Source: an uncultured virus (IMG/VR IMGVR_UViG_2860819427_000001) (Duplodnaviria; Heunggongvirae; Uroviricota; Caudoviricetes). From it: DNA of 64,000 nucleotides. The notes below the pieces were generated by a model. It was not told the origin of the DNA. It did no database searches and worked only from the letters and a program-made list of their open reading frames with translations. Shown here piece after piece: positions 28,823 through 38,241 of the stretch. The DNA is taken from the IMG/VR virus record IMGVR_UViG_2860819427_000001, positions 1-64,000 of that record; one strand, given 5' to 3'. A program made the position numbers and the translations under genes. Positions within the stretch are counted from its first letter, which is position 1. Each line of letters opens with the position of its first letter.

Positions 28823-29326
28823 GTGGCGATAACTATCGAGGAAATGACCAAAGAAGCTCGCCGATTTCTCTCAGTAAACTACGGTATAGATCTGCGAATC
28901 CCCATACGAAGAAACAATCGGCTTAAAAGAACGTTAGGTCAGTTTATTCATAGAGGCAGGAAGGCTGATTGTATAGAGCTTAGTGGTATCTTACTAGATT
29001 ACGGGGGTAAAGAGGCCGCTATTGATACTCTGAGGCACGAACTGATCCATTACGCTCTTTTTGAGCTAGAGAAGCCGTACCGGGATGGGGATCCTACGTT
29101 TGAGAATGAGTTGCGAAAGCATAACGTCAGCCCTACAGGTACTCTCGAGTGCCTCGGACCTATCGTCCGTTTCGAATGTATGGAGTGCGGAAGTGAAAGC
29201 TTTACCGAGACAAAGAGAGTGGGAATCAGTCCGCAAAGTTATAAAACGAAGTGTTGTAAGGCGGCATTAATTAACGTTAGAAATGATGTCATTTATGGAG
29301 GGCGATCGGATGGAAGTCGAATTTAA
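28823..29326 (+). CDS. SprT-like Zn metalloprotease
   Basis: NNRLKRTLG, HELIH, C-terminal Cys cluster. Confidence 0.8.
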   Translation: MAITIEEMTKEARRFLSVNYGIDLRIPIRRNNRLKRTLGQFIHRGRKADCIELSGILLDYGGKEAAIDTLRHELIHYALFELEKPYRDGDPTFENELRKHNVSPTGTLECLGPIVRFECMECGSESFTETKRVGISPQSYKTKCCKAALINVRNDVIYGGRSDGSRI

Positions 29327-29495
29327 CGGTAAGAATCTCGGTGATTTCTTTATCAAGACGATGCGAGGGGACGAAGGCATGCCCGATCGCGAGAGCCGAG
29401 AACTTGAAGAACTCGCTAAAGCCGGGCTAACGTTACCGAACTTCTCCCCGAAATCATCACGCCAGATATTCGCGAAATATGTGCGGAGGAAGTGA
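29310..29495 (+). CDS. Hypothetical protein
   Basis: SD GGAGG. Confidence 0.5.
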   Translation: MEVEFNGKNLGDFFIKTMRGDEGMPDRESRELEELAKAGLTLPNFSPKSSRQIFAKYVRRK

Positions 29496-29499
29496 TCGG

Positions 29500-30273
29500 A
29501 TGGATTTTCTCAAGGGCGCAATGGAACGTGTTAAACCGGAAGTTAAACGATTAATACGAAGGGAGCTCGATAAAATGACGGAAACTAACGCAAATATCCA
29601 CGTACTGGCTGACGAAACACTTGGCGGCATCAAGCGCGAATACGTAGAGGTCGATCGGAAGGCGGAGGTCGGCGAGAGAATTATCCTCAGAGATGATGAT
29701 GAGATAGGTACGTTTCTCGGAAGCAATTCAAGTTTTGTTTACTTAGATTTAGGAGGCTATAGGAACGGAGTTGCTTGCGATCCAGCCTGTTGCCGTGTAC
29801 TCGAACCGACCGACATCGTTCACATTGACGGTCAGCGTTACGAAATGGTCGAACGTGAGGCGGAAGTGGGCGAGAAGGTTATTCACTTGTACGAAGGTGA
29901 ATCGAATGGAATCGCGAGAGAGGTTCGTAAGACTGATGACGAAGGAGTAGAAGTCGATCCGTATGAAGACGAAGAAGGAGTGTGGATCGGATTCTCTCAC
30001 GGATATTATCTCGTACTCGTCCCGGTCGAAGCCGCCGAAGAAGAACCGCAGCCAGCCGACCCAATCGACGTTATCGCCAGTTTAGCGCAAGAGGTTGCGT
30101 CTTTAAAACGAACAGTCGATCGCCATAGAGACGAAATCGACACGCTGTATAAAGACAAACGGACGCTCGGCGAAGAGTTGGCACGGTTGGCCGCAGAAAT
30201 TGGAAAGGAAACGGAATCAAGCGCGAAGGCAATGGCGGAAGCATTTGTGGCGCTAAAGAGGGCCGGCCTATGA
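29500..30273 (+). CDS. Multi-module hypothetical protein (SH3/KOW-like units plus coiled coil)
   Basis: Two (R/E)xAEVGE(R/K) units. Confidence 0.7.
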   Translation: MDFLKGAMERVKPEVKRLIRRELDKMTETNANIHVLADETLGGIKREYVEVDRKAEVGERIILRDDDEIGTFLGSNSSFVYLDLGGYRNGVACDPACCRVLEPTDIVHIDGQRYEMVEREAEVGEKVIHLYEGESNGIAREVRKTDDEGVEVDPYEDEEGVWIGFSHGYYLVLVPVEAAEEEPQPADPIDVIASLAQEVASLKRTVDRHRDEIDTLYKDKRTLGEELARLAAEIGKETESSAKAMAEAFVALKRAGL

Positions 30274-30842
30274 AGCTCGCCCTGACCGCATCGTTACGCG
30301 CAGGCAAGTCGCAGGCCGCCGGCTATCTGTCGACGTATTACGATTTCCAAACGTTCGCCTTCAGTGACGAACTAAAGGCGGCTTTTCATCGCGCATTCCC
30401 CTCCGTACCCGAAAAGCCGAAGCCACGCGCGCATTATCAGGAGTTCGGGCAGTGGGCGCGGAAGATATTCGCAGAGAACGTTTGGATAGACGCATGTATG
30501 GCGAAAGTCGACGCATATACGGCGCTCTTTTCTCGCAAATGTGATTGCGGATTAGTCCCGTCCCTGAAAAACCGCGTACTGATCGAAGACGTTCGGCAGC
30601 AGAACGAATATGACCGACTGCGCGCGGAAGGATTTACTATCGTCCGTATTACGGCGCCGGAGGAACTGCGGATCGAACGCGCACGAAAGGCCGGCGACGA
30701 CTTCGATTTAGCAGCGCTCGATCATCCGACTGAAAAAGCGCTGCAAACTTTCGAAGTTGATTACGAAATTGTAAACGATGGAACGTACGAGCAGTTTTAT
30801 GCGAAATTAGACGGACTAATGGCGGAGGTGGGCGTTAGGTGA
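30270..30842 (+). CDS. Deoxynucleoside monophosphate kinase-like P-loop protein
   Basis: RAGKS, AFSDELK, IEDVRQQNE, HPTE. Confidence 0.75.
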   Translation: MKLALTASLRAGKSQAAGYLSTYYDFQTFAFSDELKAAFHRAFPSVPEKPKPRAHYQEFGQWARKIFAENVWIDACMAKVDAYTALFSRKCDCGLVPSLKNRVLIEDVRQQNEYDRLRAEGFTIVRITAPEELRIERARKAGDDFDLAALDHPTEKALQTFEVDYEIVNDGTYEQFYAKLDGLMAEVGVR

Positions 30843-31966
30843 CGCGAGTGTTTAACCCCATTCAAACACGATCGACCACCGTGAAGTTAAAAGACGGTGT
30901 ATACAACCAGCGCGCTTATGTCGCGGACTGGGCCAAGCCGGCAAGGACTGTGTGTACGAATCGTTTAGACCATGCGGAGATACATCCCGGACCATTAAAC
31001 GAAAGGAGCGAATATATGGGCGACTTTAATTTAACACCACAACAGCCGGAAAACGGATTTACGGTACTCGAATTATTCTGCGGAGGCGGACTCGGCGCAA
31101 TCGGATTCAAGGCGGCCGGCTACGGCATCGTGAAGGCGTTGGACTTCGATAAAAACGCCGTCAAAGCTTACCGACATAACTTCTGCGACCATGTTGAACA
31201 GGCGGATATTAACGAAATTGATATCGATAGCCTACCGAACACAGATGTTATATTCGGAGGCCCTCCGTGCCAAGACTTCTCGGTTGCAGGCAAAGGTGCC
31301 GGAGCAGACGGAGAGCGCGGTAAACTCGTATGGCGTTATCTTGAAATTATTGAACGCAAGCAACCGAAAGCTTTCGTTTTCGAAAACGTTAAGGGGCTTA
31401 TAACGAAGCGCCACCGACCTACATTCGATGCTCTTATCGAGAAGTTTAACGAAATAGGTTACGAGATTGAGTGGAAAGCGCTGAGCGCGTGGGACTACGG
31501 AGTAGCACAGAAGCGAGAGCGCGTGTTTATCGTCGGAATACGAAAAGACCTCGGCTTTACATTCGAGTTTCCGAAGCCGTTAGAAGGCGATTATCAGGCG
31601 CGTGTATTGCGGGATGTTATCGGAGATTTGCCGGAGCCTGAGCGCCAAGATTGCGGAAAGTATTGGACGCCAAAAAGCGAATACACATACGGCCAAGCTA
31701 ACCGCGTTCAATCGCCAGATAGACCGTCAAATACGATTCCAGCGCATCATAATAGCGGCCAGCCGATTCATCCGACGGAAGCGCCGCGCCGTTTCACCGT
31801 CCGTGAATGTCTCCGAATCCAATCTGCGCCGGACACCTACGTCTTGCCAGACGATATTTCCTTATCGGCGCAATATCGGATTGTCGGTAATGGAATCGCT
31901 TCACGCGTTGCGTGGTATATCGGCTGTGCCTTGGCGGATCAGCTACGGTTTAAGTCGAAAGCATAA
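30839..31966 (+). CDS. DNA cytosine-C5 methyltransferase
   Basis: ELFCGGG, GGPPCQDFS, FENV, QKRER, RECLRIQ, VGN; second start at ATG 31016. Confidence 0.95.
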   Translation: MTRVFNPIQTRSTTVKLKDGVYNQRAYVADWAKPARTVCTNRLDHAEIHPGPLNERSEYMGDFNLTPQQPENGFTVLELFCGGGLGAIGFKAAGYGIVKALDFDKNAVKAYRHNFCDHVEQADINEIDIDSLPNTDVIFGGPPCQDFSVAGKGAGADGERGKLVWRYLEIIERKQPKAFVFENVKGLITKRHRPTFDALIEKFNEIGYEIEWKALSAWDYGVAQKRERVFIVGIRKDLGFTFEFPKPLEGDYQARVLRDVIGDLPEPERQDCGKYWTPKSEYTYGQANRVQSPDRPSNTIPAHHNSGQPIHPTEAPRRFTVRECLRIQSAPDTYVLPDDISLSAQYRIVGNGIASRVAWYIGCALADQLRFKSKA

Positions 31967-32328
31967 ACGCCGGAAGGGTACGCCATATACGCCTGCTTCG
32001 CGGCTTCCTCTTCGCCGATCATCTGAAAACGTAGCGGAAGGTCCTCGTCTTTGAAGCCGGCCGCCTTAATTACTTTGCTTGCGGCTTTATTATACGAACG
32101 CTTATCGAATTTGAACGGAGTCGCATCGGCCTTTACGGTTTCGGGCTTTGCGCAAACGAGCCGATTCGCTTCATCATCGTAACCGATCGTCAGGTAAAAC
32201 GGTGATTTGTCGGGCAGGCCGATTAGCTTACGTGCGCCGGACGAAACGTATATTCTTCGCTGTTTATCAAGCGTTATATAAGCGTCATTACTTTGCGCTG
32301 AAATCCAGTTAATAACCACGCTATTCAC
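31939..32328 (-). CDS. Antisense accessory gene, unknown function
   Basis: SD GAGGTG; own sigma-A promoter. Confidence 0.7.
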   Translation of the reverse strand: MNSVVINWISAQSNDAYITLDKQRRIYVSSGARKLIGLPDKSPFYLTIGYDDEANRLVCAKPETVKADATPFKFDKRSYNKAASKVIKAAGFKDEDLPLRFQMIGEEEAAKQAYMAYPSGVYAFDLNRS

Positions 32329-32350
32329 CTCGATTATACATTATACGGAA

Positions 32351-32379
32351 ATTATACTCGCTTTTGGGACGAAAGTCAA
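32351..32379 (-). promoter_or_regulatory. Sigma-A promoter
   Basis: TTGACT-N17-TATAAT on the minus strand. Confidence 0.75.
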
Positions 32380-32398
32380 ACGAAAGGGGACGATTGTT

Positions 32399-33622
32399 AT
32401 AGGGAAAGCCGATCGCAAACGATGGGAAGGCAACGTTAAATCCATGGAAATCATCGCGAAGGATCGCGACCAAATAACCGAAGAAGATATCGAATTCTTA
32501 CGGAAAAATTATACGTCGGCAGGCGGGTTACTTCCGAATGCCTTTAGCGGTGGGGCCTTTTTCACACCTACTCACGTTGCAAAGTTCGTATGGGATGTAT
32601 TAAAGCCGCGGCTGCCTGAGACTCCGAAGGTTTTAGAGCCTTCCGTGGGTGCCGGTGTATTTCTCGAACATGCGCCGAAGGCCGCCGACATTACAGCGTT
32701 AGAACTCGATAGTACAAGTGCGAAAGTAACATCGCTGTTATATCCAGACGCTGAGATTATCGAAGGGAATGCGCTAGTACATGGCCGCAGAGATTATTAC
32801 GATCTAGTAATCGGCAACCCGCCATACGGAGTAAACGTTAAATTCGAGCCGCAAGAAGACGAGGAATGGCGGTCATTTACTAAAAAGAAGGGAGAATACG
32901 GAGGCAAGTCGGAGGTCGCTTTTATCGAACTCGCAATCAAAGCAGTTAAGCCCGGCGGTTACATTGCGTTCGTGCTTCCGTTAGGCATATCCTTCGCTAA
33001 CTACGCATCCAAGCTTCGAAAGCTCATGCACGAAACGTGCTGGCAGGTCGCGACTATTTTACTTCCGGGAGAAACGTTCCAACACGTAGGTACTACGATT
33101 CCTACGCAGATATTAATACTGCGGAAAGCACCTCCTAGAACGGAGTTAATACCGCCGGCAACTACGAAGTGGCGCTCTAATTTTAAACGAGGCGGAGACA
33201 CCGACATTACGGAATATAACGCAAAATTTCTCGAAGGTCAGCCGCCTGCTTATTTCGCACAAGTAACAGATATTGGATGGGATGCGAAAGGAAAGTCAAC
33301 AGATAAATGGAGCGACGGTCTAACACAACTTGACGAACTTGTTGACGATTTTACTGACGATAACCTTATGCGCGAAAATTTATACCCGCATTTACCGAGC
33401 TGGCACGGAATCGATAAAGGAAACGAGGCATTCTTCTTCTCACAGGGCAACGGGCAGTGTGACGGCTTAAGAGACGCAGAAGCCACTTTTCCGAAAGGTC
33501 CTTATCGTTGGAATGAGCTAACGTTAGGCGCCGGGGATGAGATCGAATGGAATGGACGTATGGTGAGCTCGTTTGATTTCGATTGGCAGGACGAAATCGT
33601 TCGCAATTATTTCGATAGATAG
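32399..33622 (+). CDS. N6-adenine DNA methyltransferase
   Basis: FFTP, VLEPSVGAG, IGNPPY; SD spacing suggests ATA 32399, otherwise ATG 32444. Confidence 0.88.
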   Translation: MGKADRKRWEGNVKSMEIIAKDRDQITEEDIEFLRKNYTSAGGLLPNAFSGGAFFTPTHVAKFVWDVLKPRLPETPKVLEPSVGAGVFLEHAPKAADITALELDSTSAKVTSLLYPDAEIIEGNALVHGRRDYYDLVIGNPPYGVNVKFEPQEDEEWRSFTKKKGEYGGKSEVAFIELAIKAVKPGGYIAFVLPLGISFANYASKLRKLMHETCWQVATILLPGETFQHVGTTIPTQILILRKAPPRTELIPPATTKWRSNFKRGGDTDITEYNAKFLEGQPPAYFAQVTDIGWDAKGKSTDKWSDGLTQLDELVDDFTDDNLMRENLYPHLPSWHGIDKGNEAFFFSQGNGQCDGLRDAEATFPKGPYRWNELTLGAGDEIEWNGRMVSSFDFDWQDEIVRNYFDR

Positions 33623-33655
33623 CGCGATTACTAGAGCGAGAAGGAGGTTTTACGT

Positions 33656-34039
33656 ATGGGAACGGTCAAAATCGATCTACATCGCAAGGACCGCGAATTT
33701 AACGCCGCATATGCGCTCGATAACGCAGAGGGCGTTAAGTTGCTGCTCGCCGATTATCAGAAGTTCGTCAGCCGGAAGCGCTGCGGCGACTATGCGGCCG
33801 TGGAAGTACTAATCGACATCCATAAGGCGATTGAGCTCGCCGGCTTAACGGATCGGCAACGACAGGCGATCGAGCTCGTTTACTTCGGCGAACTAACGCA
33901 AGCCGAGGCGGGCGAACGGATGGGCATTGCGCAAAAGAATGTTAACGAGACCCTGGATCGATCAGCTGAAAAGATTGCGGACATTTATTACTATTGGGCC
34001 GGCCACGGCGAAGGATACACGACAGGGGGGACGTATTAA
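33656..34039 (+). CDS. Sigma-70 region-4 HTH protein (late activator-like)
   Basis: LTDRQRQAIELVYFGELTQAEAGERMGI. Confidence 0.8.
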   Translation: MGTVKIDLHRKDREFNAAYALDNAEGVKLLLADYQKFVSRKRCGDYAAVEVLIDIHKAIELAGLTDRQRQAIELVYFGELTQAEAGERMGIAQKNVNETLDRSAEKIADIYYYWAGHGEGYTTGGTY

Positions 34040-34560
34040 TGGATAAAACGATTTTGCACGAAACGATTACGGAAATGTACACACGCACTAAGGCCGGCAA
34101 GATGACGCGGCAGGAGCGAATTGAGGCAATAACGGCCTTGTCGGACGCTTACTTCGATTCTACCGGAGAGCATCCGGAGCCGTCAGCGCTTGAGCGAATG
34201 GCTAATCTCGTACTTTACGAAGACTTGTCCGATTCACATCCAGATAAAGTTGCGCGAACTGAATACCCGATAATGAGTGACGAGCAGCTGGCTAGGCGAA
34301 AGGAGGGGAAGCACCGCAAGAAAAATGATAACCCGCGTATAGAGGTTCCGCTGTCAATCGGTCAGAATTTCGGAACGGACGGGAAAAACCACTCGTACCC
34401 AGTTAGAAGGCAGAGAAGTGAGAGAGAGTCCGCTTATGTGGATAAGGCGTCTCTTTCGAAGAACAAGAGCAGGCGAAGAAAGTATCGCAAGTTCATAAGT
34501 GGAAAATCACCGGGACAATTCACCGTAAATATCGCCACTGGCGAAAAAACTTATCACTGA
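34039..34560 (+). CDS. Hypothetical protein with basic C-terminus
   Basis: TAATG coupling; SD GGGGGA. Confidence 0.7.
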   Translation: MDKTILHETITEMYTRTKAGKMTRQERIEAITALSDAYFDSTGEHPEPSALERMANLVLYEDLSDSHPDKVARTEYPIMSDEQLARRKEGKHRKKNDNPRIEVPLSIGQNFGTDGKNHSYPVRRQRSERESAYVDKASLSKNKSRRRKYRKFISGKSPGQFTVNIATGEKTYH

Positions 34561-34609
34561 TTAGGCGCTTATCTAGCGCTTTTTATTTTACCGAAAAGGA
34601 GACGATGTA

Positions 34610-35413
34610 ATGGAAAAGAAACTACGAGTTGTGAACATGGAGACTGGCGAGGATCTATCTGGAGATTATACGCTAAGGCACCGCAACCAAGACGATGCCT
34701 TTCGCCAGCAACAAGAAAAGACGGCTGATCGGCGCGATTTCTCAAACGCTAATATGTCTAATATTCACGAAGTCTATGACGCTCTTACGACGGCACAGTG
34801 CGGCTACCTGATGTTGCTTCAGTGCTACGTAGATTATAACGGTGTTCTCGTTAAATCTAGCCGCAATAAAACGCCGATGTCAACTACCAACATGATGGAC
34901 GTATTACAGCTTAGCAGAAAGCGAATGACCTTCTACGATTTCCTAGCCGCGTGCACAAAACACGATATTATACGCGAAAATGACGGCGTCTACAGCGTAA
35001 ATGAGCGTTATCACTTTAAAGGTAACTTCGGCAGCCAGTACGTTGTTAAGTTATATACAGCGAAAATAAAACGTGTATATAGCGAGGTGAAGGCGACGGA
35101 CATCGGCCTGATCTATCGGATGCTGCCGTTCATCCATTTCGAGACGAACGCTCTATGCGAAAATCCTTTCGAAAAGAATCCGAAGCGTATCCGCTGGTTC
35201 AATAAGAAGGAGCTTGCGGCGGCGATCGGAGTTACTTCGGACACGCTTGGCCGGCGCCTGAAACAGATGAAATTCGACGGCGAATACGTTGTTGCGCGCA
35301 TTAAAGTCGGCAGCGAGCCGGAGCGCTATACGTTTAATCCTAACGTATTCTATCGACAGTCTAAGACGCCGGACAAAACGCTGATTGCGCTGTTCAACGT
35401 TAAGAAGGTATAA
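34610..35413 (+). CDS. Tandem winged-helix protein, replication-initiator-like
   Basis: Two HTH-like halves ending YSVN / YTFNPNVFY; starts VNMETGE. Confidence 0.55.
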   Translation: MEKKLRVVNMETGEDLSGDYTLRHRNQDDAFRQQQEKTADRRDFSNANMSNIHEVYDALTTAQCGYLMLLQCYVDYNGVLVKSSRNKTPMSTTNMMDVLQLSRKRMTFYDFLAACTKHDIIRENDGVYSVNERYHFKGNFGSQYVVKLYTAKIKRVYSEVKATDIGLIYRMLPFIHFETNALCENPFEKNPKRIRWFNKKELAAAIGVTSDTLGRRLKQMKFDGEYVVARIKVGSEPERYTFNPNVFYRQSKTPDKTLIALFNVKKV

Positions 35414-35414
35414 T
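35385..35414 (+). promoter_or_regulatory. Sigma-A-like promoter for the mini-gene
   Basis: TTGCGC-N18-TATAAT. Confidence 0.55.
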
Positions 35415-35438
35415 TTTACTATATCGGAGGTGAGACGA

Positions 35439-35501
35439 ATGGGAGAGATCAAACCGGGAGCTAATCCGTTGGAAAGCGCGAGCCCGTCACGCGGAGCATA
35501 A
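35439..35501 (+). CDS. 20-aa peptide MGEIKPGANPLESASPSRGA (arbitrium-signal-like)
   Basis: SD GGAGGTGA, ATG, own promoter and terminator. Confidence 0.65.
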   Translation: MGEIKPGANPLESASPSRGA

Positions 35502-35506
35502 AACGA

Positions 35507-35534
35507 AAAAGGACGCCTTATACGGGCGTCTTTT
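35507..35534. terminator. Bidirectional terminator
   Basis: A run, GACGCC...GGCGTC stem, T run, between convergent genes. Confidence 0.8.
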
Positions 35535-35679
35535 CTTCGTCATCTTCCGTTTGTAATTCAAGAACTTCGATCTGAGATTTTAAGATCGCTATGTCGCGGC
35601 TGTTTAGATTCGTAGGTAATTCAAAGCCTGCATACTGCCCGTTAGTAAGCGCAATGCGAGCGTATTGTTTATCATCCAT
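35518..35679 (-). CDS. Hypothetical protein (53 aa)
   Basis: SD GGAGGAG before ATG 35679. Confidence 0.6.
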   Translation of the reverse strand: MDDKQYARIALTNGQYAGFELPTNLNSRDIAILKSQIEVLELQTEDDEEKTPV

Positions 35680-35717
35680 TCGTATTCTCCTCCGGTGTTT
35701 GTGCCTTAAATATATCA

Positions 35718-36530
35718 TCAGCTCGTCCACGAATCAAACGAAGGTATCCGCAACAGTCCTTTCCGCGTCTTAAATCGATGCTTCACGCGGCATCTTATCG
35801 GCTCTATATTCACGTATTTATCCGTTTCTCCTACGTCTACCCGCTCCGAATGAAATCTCCGACGTTCAGCGTGCGGCATAAACTCCATCAGCCCCGCATA
35901 AGAACCGTCTTCATACGCTAAAACAAACGCATTATCTTCTTTCCGATATCCCGTAATCCAAACGTCAGTGTATTCGTAGTTGACGATCTTAAGCCATCGA
36001 TCTGACCGCCTATTTTCCGCGTAGGACGAAGCAGCACGCTTCATAACGACGCCTTCAATGCCGGAGCTTTTCGCTAATTCGAAAACAGCGCGGCCATTAC
36101 CGGTAACACTATCGACAATCTTAACGTTCGGATGATCGAGCGCAAGGCCGTTTAATAATTCCTTCCGCTCATATAACGGCTTCGACGTAACCGATACGCC
36201 GTCGAGACGCAATATATCAAACACGCAGAATACTATCGGATGATAGCTTCTTCGCGATTGAAACCGCTCCATCATAGCTTCGAAGTCTCCGGCGCCTGTC
36301 GGTCCGGGTACGATAAGCTCGCCGTCTAAAACGGTTCCATCCGGGATCTGTAGCGTGTGGAGTTCGGGGAATTTAGCGGTGACTTCGTTGTTGTGGCGCG
36401 TATAGAGGCGTATTTGTCCGTTGGTTTTGGACGCGAGCAGGCGGATACCGTCGAATTTGATTTCCGTAATATAATCGTCAGAGTCGAATGGGTCTTTTGC
36501 GGACTCTAATAGCATTGGCGAAATAAACAA
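35718..36530 (-). CDS. ATP-dependent DNA ligase
   Basis: EIKFDGIR, LDGEL, VFDIL, EGVVMK, WLKI, LRIPSF. Confidence 0.92.
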   Translation of the reverse strand: MFISPMLLESAKDPFDSDDYITEIKFDGIRLLASKTNGQIRLYTRHNNEVTAKFPELHTLQIPDGTVLDGELIVPGPTGAGDFEAMMERFQSRRSYHPIVFCVFDILRLDGVSVTSKPLYERKELLNGLALDHPNVKIVDSVTGNGRAVFELAKSSGIEGVVMKRAASSYAENRRSDRWLKIVNYEYTDVWITGYRKEDNAFVLAYEDGSYAGLMEFMPHAERRRFHSERVDVGETDKYVNIEPIRCRVKHRFKTRKGLLRIPSFDSWTS

Positions 36531-36621
36531 AAAATCACCTCGTTTCAGGTTCGTAATACTATAATGATATAGTAAGAGTCGGCTGGAGCGAAGTGATTCG
36601 TATGCGGTAATTTATGGTCGT

Positions 36622-36969
36622 TTATTTTATTCCGTATCTATCAAATGACGCTAGTACCTGTGATACTTCGCTAAGAGTACATCTCTGGCTGTTCAGGTAC
36701 GATTCTACTTTCTCGTCAGACATTTCATAGGAATCTTTCACGTCTCTTCTTGTTCCTGATGCCCGTTCAATTTCTCGCGATCTCTCTTCGACAGTACGCT
36801 TAATCCAATTGTTATTCCTAACACAAAGTTCCACCGATTTTTCATACCAGTCGAGCCCGCCATTTATATCTCTTTCTTCCAAGAGGAGCGATGAAACAAT
36901 AATACTAGCCTCGGGGTTTTCTTCTGATATCTTTTTCCTTAGTTCACCTAGTTGCGAGGATACTTGCAT
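36622..36969 (-). CDS. Hypothetical protein
   Basis: SD AAGGAG. Confidence 0.6.
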   Translation of the reverse strand: MQVSSQLGELRKKISEENPEASIIVSSLLLEERDINGGLDWYEKSVELCVRNNNWIKRTVEERSREIERASGTRRDVKDSYEMSDEKVESYLNSQRCTLSEVSQVLASFDRYGIK

Positions 36970-36995
36970 ATGTACAGCTCCTTATTGTGTTATTT

Positions 36996-37175
36996 TTATA
37001 TATTCTTCTTCATTCCACACCGCCGGCACTCCCGAAGAAACTTTCCGCTCTTCACCGAACTTTTAAACAGCGTATAATCGCAGTTGTCGCATCGTCCTGC
37101 GCGCTTATCCGGAAATTCCTTGTATTCGTAAGTGATCGACGTATCAATGCCGTTAGTCTCGTATTTTTCCTCCAT
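36996..37175 (-). CDS. Small Zn-ribbon protein (59 aa)
   Basis: SD GGAGG; CDNC...CRRC. Confidence 0.65.
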   Translation of the reverse strand: MEEKYETNGIDTSITYEYKEFPDKRAGRCDNCDYTLFKSSVKSGKFLRECRRCGMKKNI

Positions 37176-37306
37176 TTTCGCAATGCCTCCGTGTCCTACA
37201 TCGTTGTATAGAACGATTATACCACGAAATTACAGCGAAATGAGCCGCCTCAAACGCGTTCAGGTACGATAGGTATCCGAAAGCTAGAAACGGCTCATTT
37301 CGTTCA

Positions 37307-37744
37307 TTATTTAACGTTGAATTTCGCTGACTCAAACGTACCTACGTATTTGCGCTTGGCTGAATCCGAATAGCAGTCGATCTGAATTACGTATGTGCCT
37401 TTGCCGGTCTTGCTGCGGATCGATTTCGCACTAAACGACTTCAGCGGCGTTGAGGTCTTAAAGCTTCCGCGCTGTACTAAGCCGGTGTCAGTCAGCCCGC
37501 CACTGCTCCGTTTTTTATAAACGCCTGCCGTGTAATACAGCGTTGCGCCGCCTTTCTTCTCGGCTTTCCAGTCGACTGTGGTCGCGCTACTGCTGTACGT
37601 GGTAGCGTCCGTATAAACGCGCGCCTTATGCCCGAACTTCTCCGTCTGCCATCCCGACCATGCCGCGTCAGCTTGCGGAGTCAACGCAATAGTGCCGGTT
37701 AATAAGGTTGCGGCGATAACGAGCGATTTCACTAAACGTTTCAT
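37307..37744 (-). CDS. Secreted basic protein
   Basis: Signal peptide MKRLVKSLVIAATLLTGTIALTPQADA; SD GAGGAGG. Confidence 0.75.
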   Translation of the reverse strand: MKRLVKSLVIAATLLTGTIALTPQADAAWSGWQTEKFGHKARVYTDATTYSSSATTVDWKAEKKGGATLYYTAGVYKKRSSGGLTDTGLVQRGSFKTSTPLKSFSAKSIRSKTGKGTYVIQIDCYSDSAKRKYVGTFESAKFNVK

Positions 37745-37849
37745 ACGATTTCCTCCTCGACTTCCAGCCGCGTACCACACGTAGGGCAGCACGCGTCCGG
37801 CTTGATCTCGATATCTAACTTTGCGTAATTACAATCATGGCAAGTGTAT

Positions 37850-38053
37850 TCAATCATCGTTATAACTCTCCGTTTCCTTTTCGATACGATATCCGAAATA
37901 TTGCATTAGCGTATTAATCCCGATTTGGTAAGCGCGCCCGCATCGACCGAAATTGGCGGCGGGGCGCACGTATAATTCGAGGATCTGCGCTTCCTGCTGC
38001 GGCGTTAATGCCGGTACATCCGGCCATACTTTACGAATCATAAGCTGTTCCAT
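37850..38053 (-). CDS. Hypothetical protein
   Basis: SD GGAGG. Confidence 0.6.
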   Translation of the reverse strand: MEQLMIRKVWPDVPALTPQQEAQILELYVRPAANFGRCGRAYQIGINTLMQYFGYRIEKETESYNDD

Positions 38054-38057
38054 ACCG

Positions 38058-38147
38058 TTATCGCCTCCGTTTTAGTGCTACGACAAGACCCGCGATTGCT
38101 ACGATCAGGGCCGCCGCCGTAATGCCGATGGTTAATACCGTTAACAT
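38058..38147 (-). CDS. 29-aa single-TM peptide MLTVLTIGITAAALIVAIAGLVVALKRRR
   Basis: SD AAGGAGG. Confidence 0.6.
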   Translation of the reverse strand: MLTVLTIGITAAALIVAIAGLVVALKRRR

Positions 38148-38241
38148 GGCGCGCTCGCCTCCTTGTGTTTGCATTATGGTTACGGTACTATAAGAGACAC
38201 GGGGCGGACTCTCCAATCAACCCCGTATCAATGTTCTGGCG

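Noticed and set aside
30839..33622. Restriction-modification system
   Set aside because: No cognate endonuclease is adjacent; orphan phage MTases are the simpler explanation
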